NCBI GenBank assembly: GCA_021730935.1
Contig: JAKFYJ010000015.1
Span: forward strand, 6,760 to 70,759
Origin: Elusimicrobiota bacterium
Lineage (GTDB): Bacteria > Elusimicrobiota > Elusimicrobia > 2-02-FULL-39-32
Length of the DNA stretch: 64,000 nucleotides
Reading direction: 5' to 3'
Position numbers and translations under genes: made by a program. Positions within the stretch are counted from its first letter, which is position 1, and every line of letters starts with the position of its first letter. Positions 18,617 to 28,798 of the stretch are shown here, piece after piece. The notes below the pieces were generated by a model, which searched no databases, was not told the DNA's origin, and was given only the letters and a program-made list of their open reading frames with translations.

Positions 18617-18856
18617 ATGAAACAGGCCGTTGACCTCATCTATCCCAAAAACCTCATCCAGGAACCCGTCCTTTGCCAGATGGTGAAGGAAATCCCCGTC
18701 ATTTTCAATGTCCGGCGGGCGAAAGTCAATGAAAAGGTGGGAGAGATCGTGCTGGAACTTGAAGGCGGCGAGTCCGACCTGAAAGCGGCGACGGATTATT
18801 TGAAACGGCGCGGGATCAAAGTCCAGCCCATCACGCACGATACCTTCGAAAGCTGA
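18617..18856 (+). CDS. Stand-alone NIL domain protein
   Basis: L.YP...QEPV......FNVRRAKV....GEIVLELEG...GIKV pattern of the NIL (MetN C-terminal) domain. Confidence 0.8.
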   Translation: MKQAVDLIYPKNLIQEPVLCQMVKEIPVIFNVRRAKVNEKVGEIVLELEGGESDLKAATDYLKRRGIKVQPITHDTFES

Positions 18857-20883
18857 TTAACCCCAAAAAGTTTTTTTTCTTCCTCATCTCCCTCCTGATC
18901 GGGCGGGGACTTGCCGTTTGCGCGGACGCTCCATCTTCCGTCAACAGCGCGGCCATCCTGATCCTGCCGGCCTCTGACAATGAAACCTCGGCCCAGACTT
19001 GGATCAGCGCCATGGAAAAATATCCCAACCTCCGCCTGACCATCGCTTTCTCGAAGGACGATCTCGCGCGCCTGATCCTTCAGCAGAAAAAGCTTGAGGG
19101 ATGGAAACGCGACCGCCGGCTTGAACCTGCCCTGCGTCTTGCGTCCGACGCTCCGCTCCCCTTGATTTATGACATGGATTTGTCTAAAATTTATTTCAGA
19201 AACAAGGCCGTTTTGCCGACGGAAAAAATTGCCTGGCCGGACGATGTCCTGGTCGGAATCGTCAAGGAAAAGGTCAAGTTTTCAGGATTTTGGGGGTCCC
19301 AGCCCAAAGGATTTGTGGCGGGGGGCGGGTCTCTGAGTTCCCAGATCGCGGAAATCCTGATCAAACAAAAGTTCTCCTGGACCGCGGCAGGGTTCCCGGA
19401 CGCGGAGTGGGCGGATGACGAGATCATGGCGCTCGATTCCGGAAAAGATGAACCTTTTCAGATTATGAAAGCTCACGGACTCTCCAAATTGTTTTATCAA
19501 GAGGGCGCCGAATTCTCGCTCTCCAAGCCCTGCTGTGTTCCCGCGAAACTCTTTGTGCAAAAAATGGTTCAGGATCTGGAAAGAGAAAGAAGTCAGGCTC
19601 CCGTGATCGTGTTTGACGAAGCCCGCGCCAAGGTCACGCTCGATGATTTCCTCAAAGAAGTCGCCGTTCACCTCTCCACGGTTCCCGGAGTTCAGACGGG
19701 AACGCGGCTCAGCCTGAAACTCTGCTCGGAAATCCAGGAAACCAACCTCACGGACGCGCAGTCCGCCTCGCTCCAGATCTGGCCCCATTCCTGGAGCTGG
19801 ATCAAGGGGTTGGGAAATCCGTCCGGCCCAGGCCTGACAACCTGGGTGGGAGACAGCGCGAAAAATTATGCCTGGTCTCTCCTCAGCCAGACGCGGAACG
19901 AAGTTGAAAAATATAAAAATTCCGGTTCAGCCGACCTCGCAAAACTGGACCTCGCGATGGAAGAATTTTATCTCGCGGAATCCGGAACATTCTTCGAGTG
20001 GTTCGGAAGCGGCGTCACGGAAGAAGAACGGAACGGCGCGATCGCCCAGATCAAAACCCAGAAACAGATGCTCTTTAAAGCGACGCTCGAAAATGTTTAT
20101 CGCCACCTGGACCTCGCGGTGCCGAACCAGCTGAGGCGCGCTTCTTTTTCCGGACATTCACCGAAAATGATCGTTCCCTCAAGGCCTTCGCCCAATCCCG
20201 TGATTTCAGCGATCCCGGCCGCTCCAACAGAAACCGCGGCGTTCTCCACGGGAACAAAAAAAATGGTTCTGGAATGGGAACAGGCGGACGCCGCCGGAAG
20301 CTCAACCTCAACCGTGAAGCCGGAAAATGTTTCCGGATCCGCTCTTAAAAAATTTTCACTCTCTATCAGCAGTTCTTCCGGCCGGGAATGGGCGCATTTC
20401 ACCATCGTCTTCGAAGGATCCGTGCTTCCCACAACCGTGACCGACCTTTATATCGACATCAACCACCGGCCCGGCGCCGGAAACGCGGCCCTCGTTGCAG
20501 GACGCAGTGCTTCCCTGGACGAATCAGACGGATGGGAACTTCTCCTGGTCAGCCGCTGGCTCCCCTCGCGAGGGTGGACCGCAACTCTGCACCGCTCGCT
20601 CGAGCTTTCTCCGCCCGTTTATAGCGCGGCGATCCAATATAAAACGACCAGCCGTCCGGAAACCACCGTTTTTCAAATCCGCATTCCCAAGAATATGCTG
20701 GGCGGCAATCCTTCCCGGTGGGGATTCTTGCTCTGCGCCGCGGACGCCAGCGGAACCATCAAGGACTTTCTGAGCTCGTCCGCCGACAAAGACAATTTGC
20801 TCTCTGAAATAAAAAAAGGGAATTCCGTTCCTCTTCCCATGATCCGTGAAGAAGCGATCGTTCATCAGGAGGCCGCGCCGTGA
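18853..20883 (+). CDS. Secreted degenerate GH57 (amylopullulanase-like) protein with DOMON-like C-terminal domain
   Basis: ORF extends in frame upstream of 19012 to a signal peptide (CTG/ATT start); SW..TWVG...N.AW.LL...AESGTFFEWFG resembles the GH57 C-terminal region; DLYIDIN..PGAG. Confidence 0.55.
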   Translation: MINPKKFFFFLISLLIGRGLAVCADAPSSVNSAAILILPASDNETSAQTWISAMEKYPNLRLTIAFSKDDLARLILQQKKLEGWKRDRRLEPALRLASDAPLPLIYDMDLSKIYFRNKAVLPTEKIAWPDDVLVGIVKEKVKFSGFWGSQPKGFVAGGGSLSSQIAEILIKQKFSWTAAGFPDAEWADDEIMALDSGKDEPFQIMKAHGLSKLFYQEGAEFSLSKPCCVPAKLFVQKMVQDLERERSQAPVIVFDEARAKVTLDDFLKEVAVHLSTVPGVQTGTRLSLKLCSEIQETNLTDAQSASLQIWPHSWSWIKGLGNPSGPGLTTWVGDSAKNYAWSLLSQTRNEVEKYKNSGSADLAKLDLAMEEFYLAESGTFFEWFGSGVTEEERNGAIAQIKTQKQMLFKATLENVYRHLDLAVPNQLRRASFSGHSPKMIVPSRPSPNPVISAIPAAPTETAAFSTGTKKMVLEWEQADAAGSSTSTVKPENVSGSALKKFSLSISSSSGREWAHFTIVFEGSVLPTTVTDLYIDINHRPGAGNAALVAGRSASLDESDGWELLLVSRWLPSRGWTATLHRSLELSPPVYSAAIQYKTTSRPETTVFQIRIPKNMLGGNPSRWGFLLCAADASGTIKDFLSSSADKDNLLSEIKKGNSVPLPMIREEAIVHQEAAP

Positions 20884-22436
20884 GAAGAACCGCCCTCGCC
20901 CTTCTTGCCCTGCTCGTTGCCTGGGGCATCTGGCAAAACAAATTTTCCGTCAACACCGCAAGCCTGCCTTTCGGAATGAAAACGGCCTTTGAACCCAAAC
21001 CCATTGAAGTCCATCCGGAAGTCCTCAACCTCCAGGAATCGTTTGCGAAAGTGGCGGAGGCGGTGAAGCCAGCGGTCGTCAACATCTCCACGGTGCACCT
21101 GGAACAATATCAGTCGAATCCTTATGAATTCTTCTTCATGAACCCCGAAGACCTCTTTGATCAGTTCTTCGATTTTCAGGGTTCGCCCAGACAGAAACGC
21201 TCCGCGCCTCCCCAGTCCGAGTCGAAAAAATTCCAGCGCAAAATCCCTGGGACGGGGTCCGGCGTCATCATCGATCCGGACGGATATATCCTCACCAACG
21301 AGCATGTCGTTCGGGGCGCGGACGAAATCAAAGTGACGATCGCAGACGGCGAAAAAAAATACGACGGCAAAGTGATCGGGCGGGACGAAAGAACGGATCT
21401 GGCCGTGGTTAAAATAAAATCAAGTTCAAAATTGCCTTACGCCAGCCTCGGGAATTCCAGCGCGGTCCGCGTGGGCGACTGGGCGATCGCCATCGGCTCT
21501 CCCTTTGGGCTTTCACAGACCGTCACGGTCGGAATCATTTCTGCCTCCAGGCAAAACCTCGCCATTGAAGACCGCAACTATAAAGATTTGATCCAGACGG
21601 ACGCGGCCATCAACCCGGGAAACTCCGGCGGCCCTCTCGTCAACATACGCGGCGAAGTGATCGGCATCAACACCGCGATCTACACCCCTTCCGGCGGGTT
21701 CGCGGGCATCGGGTTCGCCATTCCCATCGACCGCGCCAAAGAGATCATCCCCCAGCTCCGCGAAAAGGGCAAGGTCATCCGCGGCTGGATCGGGGTCGTG
21801 CTTGAGGAAAAAATTGACGACGCCACGGCCAGCGTTTTCGGCGTGCCCGACAAGGAAGGCGCCATGATCCGCGAAGTGCTCCCGGATTATCCCGCCGCCA
21901 AGGCCGGCCTCAAGCGGGGCGACATCCTCCGTGAATTCGACGGGAAAAAAATCAAAACCAATTTCGATCTGCAGGCGTTCGTTCAGTCCGCGGTTCCGGG
22001 GAAATCCGTTCCCATCAAAGTGATCCGCAATAAAAAAGAAATGACTCTCTCTCTCGCCATCGAAGAAGCGCCGTCTTCGTTGAAAGGAGAAGCCAAGGGT
22101 GAAGACGACGAGGATGGATCAAGACTTTCTGAAAGCGCACGGTCCAAATGGCTCGGAGCCACGGTCACAGAGCTGAGCGCGGCAATGCGCGAAAGATATT
22201 CCATTCCGGCCGGAGAATCAGGCGTTTTTGTGGGAGACATTGAGCCCGGATCCAAAGCCGAAGAGATGGGTCTTGAACCCGGGGACCTCATCCGCGGAAT
22301 CAATCAGGAACCCGTGACAGATCTCAAATCGTTTAAGGATTTATCTAAAAAAGTGAGCACGAAAAACGGAGTTGTTTTGGATATCTTGAGAAGAGGAGAG
22401 TCCCGGTATTTAAGCTATATGGGACCTGAAAAATAA
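20880..22436 (+). CDS. DegP/DegQ (Do) serine endoprotease with two PDZ domains
   Basis: TNEHVV, TDLAVVK, TDAAINPGNSGGPL catalytic triad; two PDZ domains. Confidence 0.95.
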   Translation: MRRTALALLALLVAWGIWQNKFSVNTASLPFGMKTAFEPKPIEVHPEVLNLQESFAKVAEAVKPAVVNISTVHLEQYQSNPYEFFFMNPEDLFDQFFDFQGSPRQKRSAPPQSESKKFQRKIPGTGSGVIIDPDGYILTNEHVVRGADEIKVTIADGEKKYDGKVIGRDERTDLAVVKIKSSSKLPYASLGNSSAVRVGDWAIAIGSPFGLSQTVTVGIISASRQNLAIEDRNYKDLIQTDAAINPGNSGGPLVNIRGEVIGINTAIYTPSGGFAGIGFAIPIDRAKEIIPQLREKGKVIRGWIGVVLEEKIDDATASVFGVPDKEGAMIREVLPDYPAAKAGLKRGDILREFDGKKIKTNFDLQAFVQSAVPGKSVPIKVIRNKKEMTLSLAIEEAPSSLKGEAKGEDDEDGSRLSESARSKWLGATVTELSAAMRERYSIPAGESGVFVGDIEPGSKAEEMGLEPGDLIRGINQEPVTDLKSFKDLSKKVSTKNGVVLDILRRGESRYLSYMGPEK

Positions 22437-23362
22437 TGGCGCAATATTCCGTCCTGGCCGCAAGCTCAGATTCAAAGATTTTGGACATGGCGAAAGCCGC
22501 GATCCTCGAAGAAGATTTGTTTCCGATCGCCTGCGGAGACGGCGAAGAAGCCCTGGAGTCTGCCCGAAGCGCCCAGAACCCGCCGCTCCGCCTCCTCGTG
22601 ATGGAAGCCTGCCTGCACAAGGCTGACGGGTTTGAAGTCCTACGCGCACTTTCAGACCACAAAGATCTTAAAAAAATTCCCTGTCTCATGCTCCTGGACC
22701 CGAAACAAAAAATTTCAGGATCTCCCGCTTCGCTCCGCCTGGGCGCGGACGACTATCTGCAAAAACCGTTCGAAAAGTCCGAACTGCGGGCCAAGATCCA
22801 CAGCATGACGAAACATTTCCGGCCCCACGCTTCGCCGCACCCCATCACGGGACTGCCCGGACACCCTGAACTGGAAAATTCCCTGTTCAGTCTCCTCAGC
22901 AAAGGCGAAACCTGCGATCTGGTCTGTTTCGACATCAATTATTTCCGCCCCTTCAACGACCATTATGGTTATGACAAAGGCGACGAAGCCATCCGCATGG
23001 TGGCTCACCTGACGCAAGGCGTCCTGAAATCTTCGGGGATTCCGGACACGCCCGGAACCCTCAGCCACATCGACGGAGACGACTTCATCGTGCGGGTCCC
23101 TTCCGGCAAAGGCGACAAGGTGCGCAAGGCTCTCAAAGAAAAGTTCCAGTCGGAAGTGCAGAAATTTTATTCCAAAGAAGAGATCCGCAAAGGGTTCATC
23201 TTCCAGAAAGACCGCGAGAACAAGGATCAAATTTTTCCCCTGATGCGCCTCTCCACGGCCGTGCTCAATGCCGCAAGAGAAAAATTCTCCCACTACGGCG
23301 AACTCGTGGCCGAGATCAACGAAGCCCTGCACCAATCGAAAGTGGGCTCCCAAGACATTTAG
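22436..23362 (+). CDS. Pseudo-receiver plus degenerate GGDEF protein
   Basis: GADDYLQKPF REC tail with Glu at the phosphoacceptor position; DINYFRPFNDHYG..GD and DGDDF instead of GGDEF. Confidence 0.8.
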   Translation: MAQYSVLAASSDSKILDMAKAAILEEDLFPIACGDGEEALESARSAQNPPLRLLVMEACLHKADGFEVLRALSDHKDLKKIPCLMLLDPKQKISGSPASLRLGADDYLQKPFEKSELRAKIHSMTKHFRPHASPHPITGLPGHPELENSLFSLLSKGETCDLVCFDINYFRPFNDHYGYDKGDEAIRMVAHLTQGVLKSSGIPDTPGTLSHIDGDDFIVRVPSGKGDKVRKALKEKFQSEVQKFYSKEEIRKGFIFQKDRENKDQIFPLMRLSTAVLNAAREKFSHYGELVAEINEALHQSKVGSQDI

Positions 23363-23367
23363 CGCCT

Positions 23368-24348
23368 TTGAACCTTCGTCGCCTCGCCCTCCTCGCGCTC
23401 CTTATTTTTTTTATTCTATTTCCGCTTGCCGTTCAGCACGGTCCCCTGGCCTATACCCTCCGGCTCCTGGGGATCATGGGCCTTTATGTCATTTTGGCTC
23501 TGGGCCTCAATGTCACGCTCGGGTTCGTGGGGCTCTTTGACTTGGGTTTCATGGCTTTCTATGCCATCGGCGCTTATGTCTCCGCCATCCTCTCCATTCA
23601 CGGCATCAATTTCTGGCTCTCAACGCTTGCGGCCATTTTTGTGACGGTCACGATCCGCGTCCTTCTGGGCGCGCCTGTCCTGAGATTGCGGGGAGATTAT
23701 CTCGCGATCGTGACCCTGGGTTTCGGAGAGATCTCCCGGCTGGTCCTCAACAACTGGGACTCCGTCACGAACGGCCCCAAAGGGCTCCCCAGAGTGAGCG
23801 AAAATTTCGGTGCCATCCGTTTGTTCGGATTCGAGTTCACGGAAAATATCCATTTTTATTATTTGATCCTTGCGGTTGCCGTTATCACAGTCCTCATTTC
23901 CAAGAACCTTGAACATTCCAGGATCGGCCGCGCGTGGATCGCGGTCCGCGAAGACGAAATCGCGGCGGAACTCTCCGGCGTTCCAGTGACGCGCGTCAAG
24001 ATGCTCGCTTTCGCCACGAGCGCCCTGTTTGCCGCCATTGCCGGGTCCATATTCGTTCACTGGGAAAGGTTCGTGACGCCGGAATCCTTCACCTTCTGGG
24101 AATCCGTGCTGGTTGTCAGCATGCTGGTTTTGGGCGGCATGGGTTCCATATCCGGCGCGATATTGGGCGCGGTCCTCATCTCAGGATTTCCTTTATTCCT
24201 TCAGGCGACACTTGGCGGCGAACTGATCCATTATCGTTATCTCATATTCGGCGCGGCGTTGGTCGCCATCGTGATCTTCCGTCCGCAGGGACTTTTGCCG
24301 TCAAGACGCCGGGCGCTTGAACTCGCAACTCCCGAGGATCCGGCGTGA
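23368..24348 (+). CDS. livM: Branched-chain amino acid ABC permease
   Basis: LRLRGDYLAIVTLGFGE, GRAW.AVREDE.AA, LGGMGS, RPQGL. Confidence 0.9.
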   Translation: MNLRRLALLALLIFFILFPLAVQHGPLAYTLRLLGIMGLYVILALGLNVTLGFVGLFDLGFMAFYAIGAYVSAILSIHGINFWLSTLAAIFVTVTIRVLLGAPVLRLRGDYLAIVTLGFGEISRLVLNNWDSVTNGPKGLPRVSENFGAIRLFGFEFTENIHFYYLILAVAVITVLISKNLEHSRIGRAWIAVREDEIAAELSGVPVTRVKMLAFATSALFAAIAGSIFVHWERFVTPESFTFWESVLVVSMLVLGGMGSISGAILGAVLISGFPLFLQATLGGELIHYRYLIFGAALVAIVIFRPQGLLPSRRRALELATPEDPA

Positions 24349-25109
24349 TCCTCCTCGAAACCTCCAGCATCACAAAAAAATTCGGCGGGCTCTGCGCCCT
24401 CTCAGGCGTAAACATGGAAATGGAACAAGGGGAAATCGTGAGCCTGATCGGACCCAACGGGGCGGGCAAAACAACTTTTTTTAATCTCCTGACCGGCGTC
24501 ATTGAACCCGACGAAGGTGAAATCATATTTTCCGGTGAAAAAATTTCAGAGGAAACTCCCCACTGGATCATTGCCCGCGGCATCGCGAGGACTTTCCAGA
24601 ATATCCGCCTGTTCCAGAACATGAGCACCGTGGAAAATGTCATGGTCGGGCGCCATTGCCGCACGAGAAGCGAAGTGCTTTCCGCGATATTCCGCACCCG
24701 CGACTTCTTCACGGAAGAGACCCAAATCGAAAAAAGCGCCGTGGAAACCCTTTCCTTCGTGGGCCTCCTGCCCTATGCCAACGAGCTTGCCAAAAATCTC
24801 CCTTATGGAGAACAAAGAAAACTCGAGATTGCCCGCGCCCTTGCCACGGAGCCGAGACTCCTGCTTCTGGACGAACCCACGGCCGGCATGAACCCCGCGG
24901 AAAGCGAAGACCTGATGGAGCTGATCCTCAAAATCCGCAAAGAAGGCATCAGCGTGCTTTTGATCGAACACCAGATGCGCGTCGTGATGGGCATCTCAGA
25001 CAAGGTGGTGGTGCTGGACCACGGAGTGAAAATAGCCGAGGGCAAACCCAAGGAAATCCAGAACAATCCTCAGGTCATCGAGGCCTATCTTGGAGCGCCG
25101 CATGCTTAA
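24345..25109 (+). CDS. livG: Branched-chain amino acid ABC ATPase
   Basis: GPNGAGKTT, RTFQNIRLF, LPYGEQRKLEIARALA, VIEAYLG. Confidence 0.92.
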   Translation: MILLETSSITKKFGGLCALSGVNMEMEQGEIVSLIGPNGAGKTTFFNLLTGVIEPDEGEIIFSGEKISEETPHWIIARGIARTFQNIRLFQNMSTVENVMVGRHCRTRSEVLSAIFRTRDFFTEETQIEKSAVETLSFVGLLPYANELAKNLPYGEQRKLEIARALATEPRLLLLDEPTAGMNPAESEDLMELILKIRKEGISVLLIEHQMRVVMGISDKVVVLDHGVKIAEGKPKEIQNNPQVIEAYLGAPHA

Positions 25110-25806
25110 ATGCTCAGGAGTCTCCGTCACCTACGGCAAAAAAATAAACGCCCTGAAAGAAATTTCTCTTGAGGTTAAACAAGGAGAAATCGTCGCCCTC
25201 ATCGGCGGAAACGGTTCAGGCAAAAGCACTTTTCTTAAAACCATCTCCGGCCTTTTGCCGACGGACCGCGGCACAATCCATTTTAATGATAAACGCATTG
25301 ATCCTATGCCGGCTCACAAAATATCCGCCCTCGGCATCGCCCATGTCCCGGAAGGACGCCGGATTTTCGCCCGCCTGTCCGTGGAAGAAAATCTGGAGCT
25401 CGGGGCCTATTGCCGCAAAGGGAACTGGCGTAAAAAAACCCAAGGATTGTTCGACATTTTCCCCATCCTCAAGGAACGGCTGAAACAGCCGGGCGGAACA
25501 CTTTCAGGCGGAGAACAGCAGATGCTGGCCATGGGGCGCGCCCTCATGAGCGAACCCAAACTTCTCATGCTGGACGAGCCTTCCATGGGCCTGGCTCCCC
25601 TGATGGTCGCCAAAATTTTTGGAATCATTCAAGACATCAGCAAAGCCGGGACCACGATCCTCCTGGTCGAACAAAACGCCAAGCAATCCCTCAGCATCGC
25701 CCACCGCGCCTATGTCCTGGAAACCGGACGCATCGTTCTGGAAGGCACCGGGAGCGACCTCCTTGAGAACGATCAGATCCGCCACGCGTATTTGGGGAGT
25801 TCTTAA
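25102..25806 (+). CDS. livF: Branched-chain amino acid ABC ATPase
   Basis: VPEGRRIF, LSGGEQQMLAMGRALM, DEPSMGLAP, LVEQN. Confidence 0.92.
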   Translation: MLKCSGVSVTYGKKINALKEISLEVKQGEIVALIGGNGSGKSTFLKTISGLLPTDRGTIHFNDKRIDPMPAHKISALGIAHVPEGRRIFARLSVEENLELGAYCRKGNWRKKTQGLFDIFPILKERLKQPGGTLSGGEQQMLAMGRALMSEPKLLMLDEPSMGLAPLMVAKIFGIIQDISKAGTTILLVEQNAKQSLSIAHRAYVLETGRIVLEGTGSDLLENDQIRHAYLGSS

Positions 25807-25807
25807 C

Positions 25808-25836
25808 TTGAAACCCCCCTCGAAGAAGGGTATACT
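25808..25836 (+). promoter_or_regulatory. Sigma70 promoter of the radical SAM/acyltransferase/GT9 operon
   Basis: TTGAAA-17-TATACT, 10 nt before the ATG. Confidence 0.7.
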
Positions 25837-25846
25837 CTAAATATCT

Positions 25847-27247
25847 ATGACTGATGTTCTTCTGATTAATCCCCCCTGGACCAAGAAGGGTGGAAACATA
25901 TGGAAAGGGGTGGCAAGCATCATGCCTCCTCACGGGATCGCTGTCATCGCGGCCGTTCTGGAACAAGCGGGCCTGAAAGTCCGGATCCTGGACACCCACG
26001 CCATGAAAGTGGCCATGGAAGACCTCAAGGGCTGGCTCGAAACCTATTATAAAGATCCTCCCAAATTCATCGGTCTGACCGGAAGCACCCTCAACATCTC
26101 TTATGCCTATGACACAGCCCAAATTTGCAAAGAGCTTTATCCCAACGCCAAGGTTGTCCTGGGCGGCGTCCATGCTTCCGAAAAGCCCCAGGAAGCCGTC
26201 ACTCAGCCCTTTGTGGATTTCGTCATCCGCGGCGAAGGCGAATTCGCGTTCCAGGAACTTGCGGCCGGCAAACCCCTGTCCGAGATCCGAGGCCTTTCCT
26301 ATAAAGAAGGCGGGCGCGTCATCCACAACGAGCCGGGAGAGCTCATTAAAGATCTCGACGCTCTCCCCATGGCGGCCTATCACCTGCTCCCCATGGACCG
26401 TTATTTCCCTGCGGTCGGCTCTTATAAAAATCTCCCCGCGATTTCGATGGTCACTTCCCGCGGCTGTCCCGGAAAATGCACTTTCTGTTATCAGCCTTTC
26501 GGGTCCCTGATCCGCCAAAAATCTCCCAAGAAAATATTCGAGGAAATTCAGCACCTCATCAAAAATTACGGCATCAAGGAAATCTGTTTTTACGACGACA
26601 ATTTCACGACCCTCAAACCCCGTATCCGCGAACTCTGCAAGATGATCATTGACGCGAAGATGAATTTCACCTGGAGCTGTTTTTCCCGCGTGGACTGGGC
26701 GGACCTCGAACTCCTTAAACTCATGAAGAAAGCGGGACTCCGCCAGGTCATGTACGGCATCGAGTCCGGCGATCAGGGAATCCTGGACACCATCCGCAAA
26801 CAAACCACGATCGAAAAAATCCGCACGGCCAACCGCTGGACCAAAGAAGCGGGCATCGAAGTGCGAGCGGCTTTCATCTTCGGGAACCCCGGAGAGACGG
26901 AAGAGACGATGAAGAAAACCATAGATTTCGCAATCGAACTGGATCCCGATGTCGCCATTTTCAACGTCGTGATCCCCAACCCCGGAACCCAGATGTATGA
27001 GTGGGCGGTTAAAAACGGGGTTCTCAAAAACGAAAACTGGGACGAATATGATCTCACCAAACCCGTTATGACCCTGGCCAATGTCTCGGGCGAAAAAGTG
27101 CAGGAATATTATAAACTCGCCTACAAGAAATTTTACATGCGCCCGGCTTATGTCCTTAAACGCATCCTCAAAATCCGCTATATGGCGGACGTCCGGAGCC
27201 TCTTGAACGGCTTCAAGGGCGTTTTGAGCGTCGTCACCAACCCTTGA
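25847..27247 (+). CDS. Cobalamin-binding radical SAM protein
   Basis: N-terminal B12-binding domain (PPHGI, GGVHAS, GEGE); [11 protein letters not shown]; GIESG. Confidence 0.92.
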   Translation: MTDVLLINPPWTKKGGNIWKGVASIMPPHGIAVIAAVLEQAGLKVRILDTHAMKVAMEDLKGWLETYYKDPPKFIGLTGSTLNISYAYDTAQICKELYPNAKVVLGGVHASEKPQEAVTQPFVDFVIRGEGEFAFQELAAGKPLSEIRGLSYKEGGRVIHNEPGELIKDLDALPMAAYHLLPMDRYFPAVGSYKNLPAISMVTSRGCPGKCTFCYQPFGSLIRQKSPKKIFEEIQHLIKNYGIKEICFYDDNFTTLKPRIRELCKMIIDAKMNFTWSCFSRVDWADLELLKLMKKAGLRQVMYGIESGDQGILDTIRKQTTIEKIRTANRWTKEAGIEVRAAFIFGNPGETEETMKKTIDFAIELDPDVAIFNVVIPNPGTQMYEWAVKNGVLKNENWDEYDLTKPVMTLANVSGEKVQEYYKLAYKKFYMRPAYVLKRILKIRYMADVRSLLNGFKGVLSVVTNP

Positions 27248-27882
27248 AACCCCGCAAAAATAAAATTTCCGTCGGTAAAAAAAAGCGCCTGGGCAAGAAC
27301 GTCCAGCTGGGCGTCTTTTCCGGCCGCAAAATAAAGAGCATGACTCTCTCCATCGGGGATTCCCCCAACATCCGTTCCGGCTCGGTGATATATCTCGGAA
27401 GCCGAATCGGCAAAAACCTTGAGACAGGACACAACGCCGTCATCCGCGAGGAAAACTCAATCGGCGACGGCTTTTCGCTCTGGACCAATTCCATCGTCGA
27501 TTACGGATGCAAGATCGGCGACAACGTCAAGATTCACTGCAACTGTTATGTCGCCCAGTTCACCACTATTGAAGACGATGTGTTCATGGCTCCGGGCGTG
27601 ACGGTGGCCAACGACCTTCACCCGGGATCTCCTGATTTCAGGGACTGCATGAAAGGGCCCACCATAAAAAAAGGGGCGCAGATCGGATGCAATGTCACCC
27701 TGCTTCCCGGCGTGACCATCGGAGAACATTCTTTGATCGGCGCAGGAAGCGTGGTCACGAAAGACATTCCGGCTTATTCTCTCGCTTATGGCAACCCCGC
27801 GCGCGTGGCGAAGAAAATCACGGACATGAAATGCTCCATCAAGAAAAATTTCCCTTACGAACACCTTAAAAAACATGGATAA
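27244..27882 (+). CDS. Hexapeptide-repeat (LbH) N-acetyltransferase, WbpD-like
   Basis: Hexapeptide repeats; [12 protein letters not shown]...GNPAR. Confidence 0.85.
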   Translation: MKPRKNKISVGKKKRLGKNVQLGVFSGRKIKSMTLSIGDSPNIRSGSVIYLGSRIGKNLETGHNAVIREENSIGDGFSLWTNSIVDYGCKIGDNVKIHCNCYVAQFTTIEDDVFMAPGVTVANDLHPGSPDFRDCMKGPTIKKGAQIGCNVTLLPGVTIGEHSLIGAGSVVTKDIPAYSLAYGNPARVAKKITDMKCSIKKNFPYEHLKKHG

Positions 27883-28798
27883 AATTTTAATCATCAAAAT
27901 CGGCGCGCTCGGCGATGTGGTGCGAACCACCTCCCTCCTTCACGCCCTCAAAGGCGAAGTCACCTGGGCGACCAAGAAACCTTCTTTCCCTCTCCTCGCG
28001 AAAAATCCGCTCATCCACAACACCGTCGACATTGCGGAGAGTTATGATGATCTCCTCAAACAGGAATATAAACTCATCATCAACCTTGAGGAAGAACCCC
28101 AGGCCTGCGAGCTGGCAAGCCGCGCGAAAAAAAGCGAACTCGTGGGGGCCTATTCCGACAACGGAAAAATCACATACACAGACTCGGCCGCGCCCTGGTT
28201 CGATATGGGATTGATCTCAAGGTTCGGCAAAGCCGCGGCGGACAAAAAGAAGTGGGAAAACACGAAGTCTTATCAGGAACTCATGTTCGCGATGATTGGA
28301 AAAAAATTTAACGGCGAGGAATATATTTTGCCCGTGGAGCCCCACTCGAACGAAGCGGGGAAAGAAAAAGTCGGTCTGGAGACGCGATCCGGAGACCGGT
28401 GGGTGGGCAAACGGTGGACGAGGTTCCCGGAACTGATCGAAAAATTGAGCAATGAAAAAATACGGTGCGTAAAATTTAAAGCTTTCCCAACCCTCTCCGG
28501 GTTCATCAAGCACATCAACACCACCGACATCGTGGTGACCACCGATTCCCTGGCTCTCCACCTGTCGTTGGCGCTCAAAAAACGCGTGATCGCGCTTTTC
28601 ACCTGCACTTCATGGCATGAGATTTATGGTTATGGAAGGACGGAGAAAGTGGTGAGCCCGCAAATCGAAAAGTATTTTTACAACACAGCGGAGGAAGCTT
28701 TAAAGTCCGGCGAAGCGATCCAGCCGGAAACAGTCTATGACGCGGTCAGCCGTACTTGTATGAAACTCCGAAGCCGCCCCGCGGGGGTTCCCACTTAA
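27875..28798 (+). CDS. Glycosyltransferase family 9 (heptosyltransferase-like)
   Basis: [30 protein letters not shown]. Confidence 0.85.
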   Translation: MDKILIIKIGALGDVVRTTSLLHALKGEVTWATKKPSFPLLAKNPLIHNTVDIAESYDDLLKQEYKLIINLEEEPQACELASRAKKSELVGAYSDNGKITYTDSAAPWFDMGLISRFGKAAADKKKWENTKSYQELMFAMIGKKFNGEEYILPVEPHSNEAGKEKVGLETRSGDRWVGKRWTRFPELIEKLSNEKIRCVKFKAFPTLSGFIKHINTTDIVVTTDSLALHLSLALKKRVIALFTCTSWHEIYGYGRTEKVVSPQIEKYFYNTAEEALKSGEAIQPETVYDAVSRTCMKLRSRPAGVPT

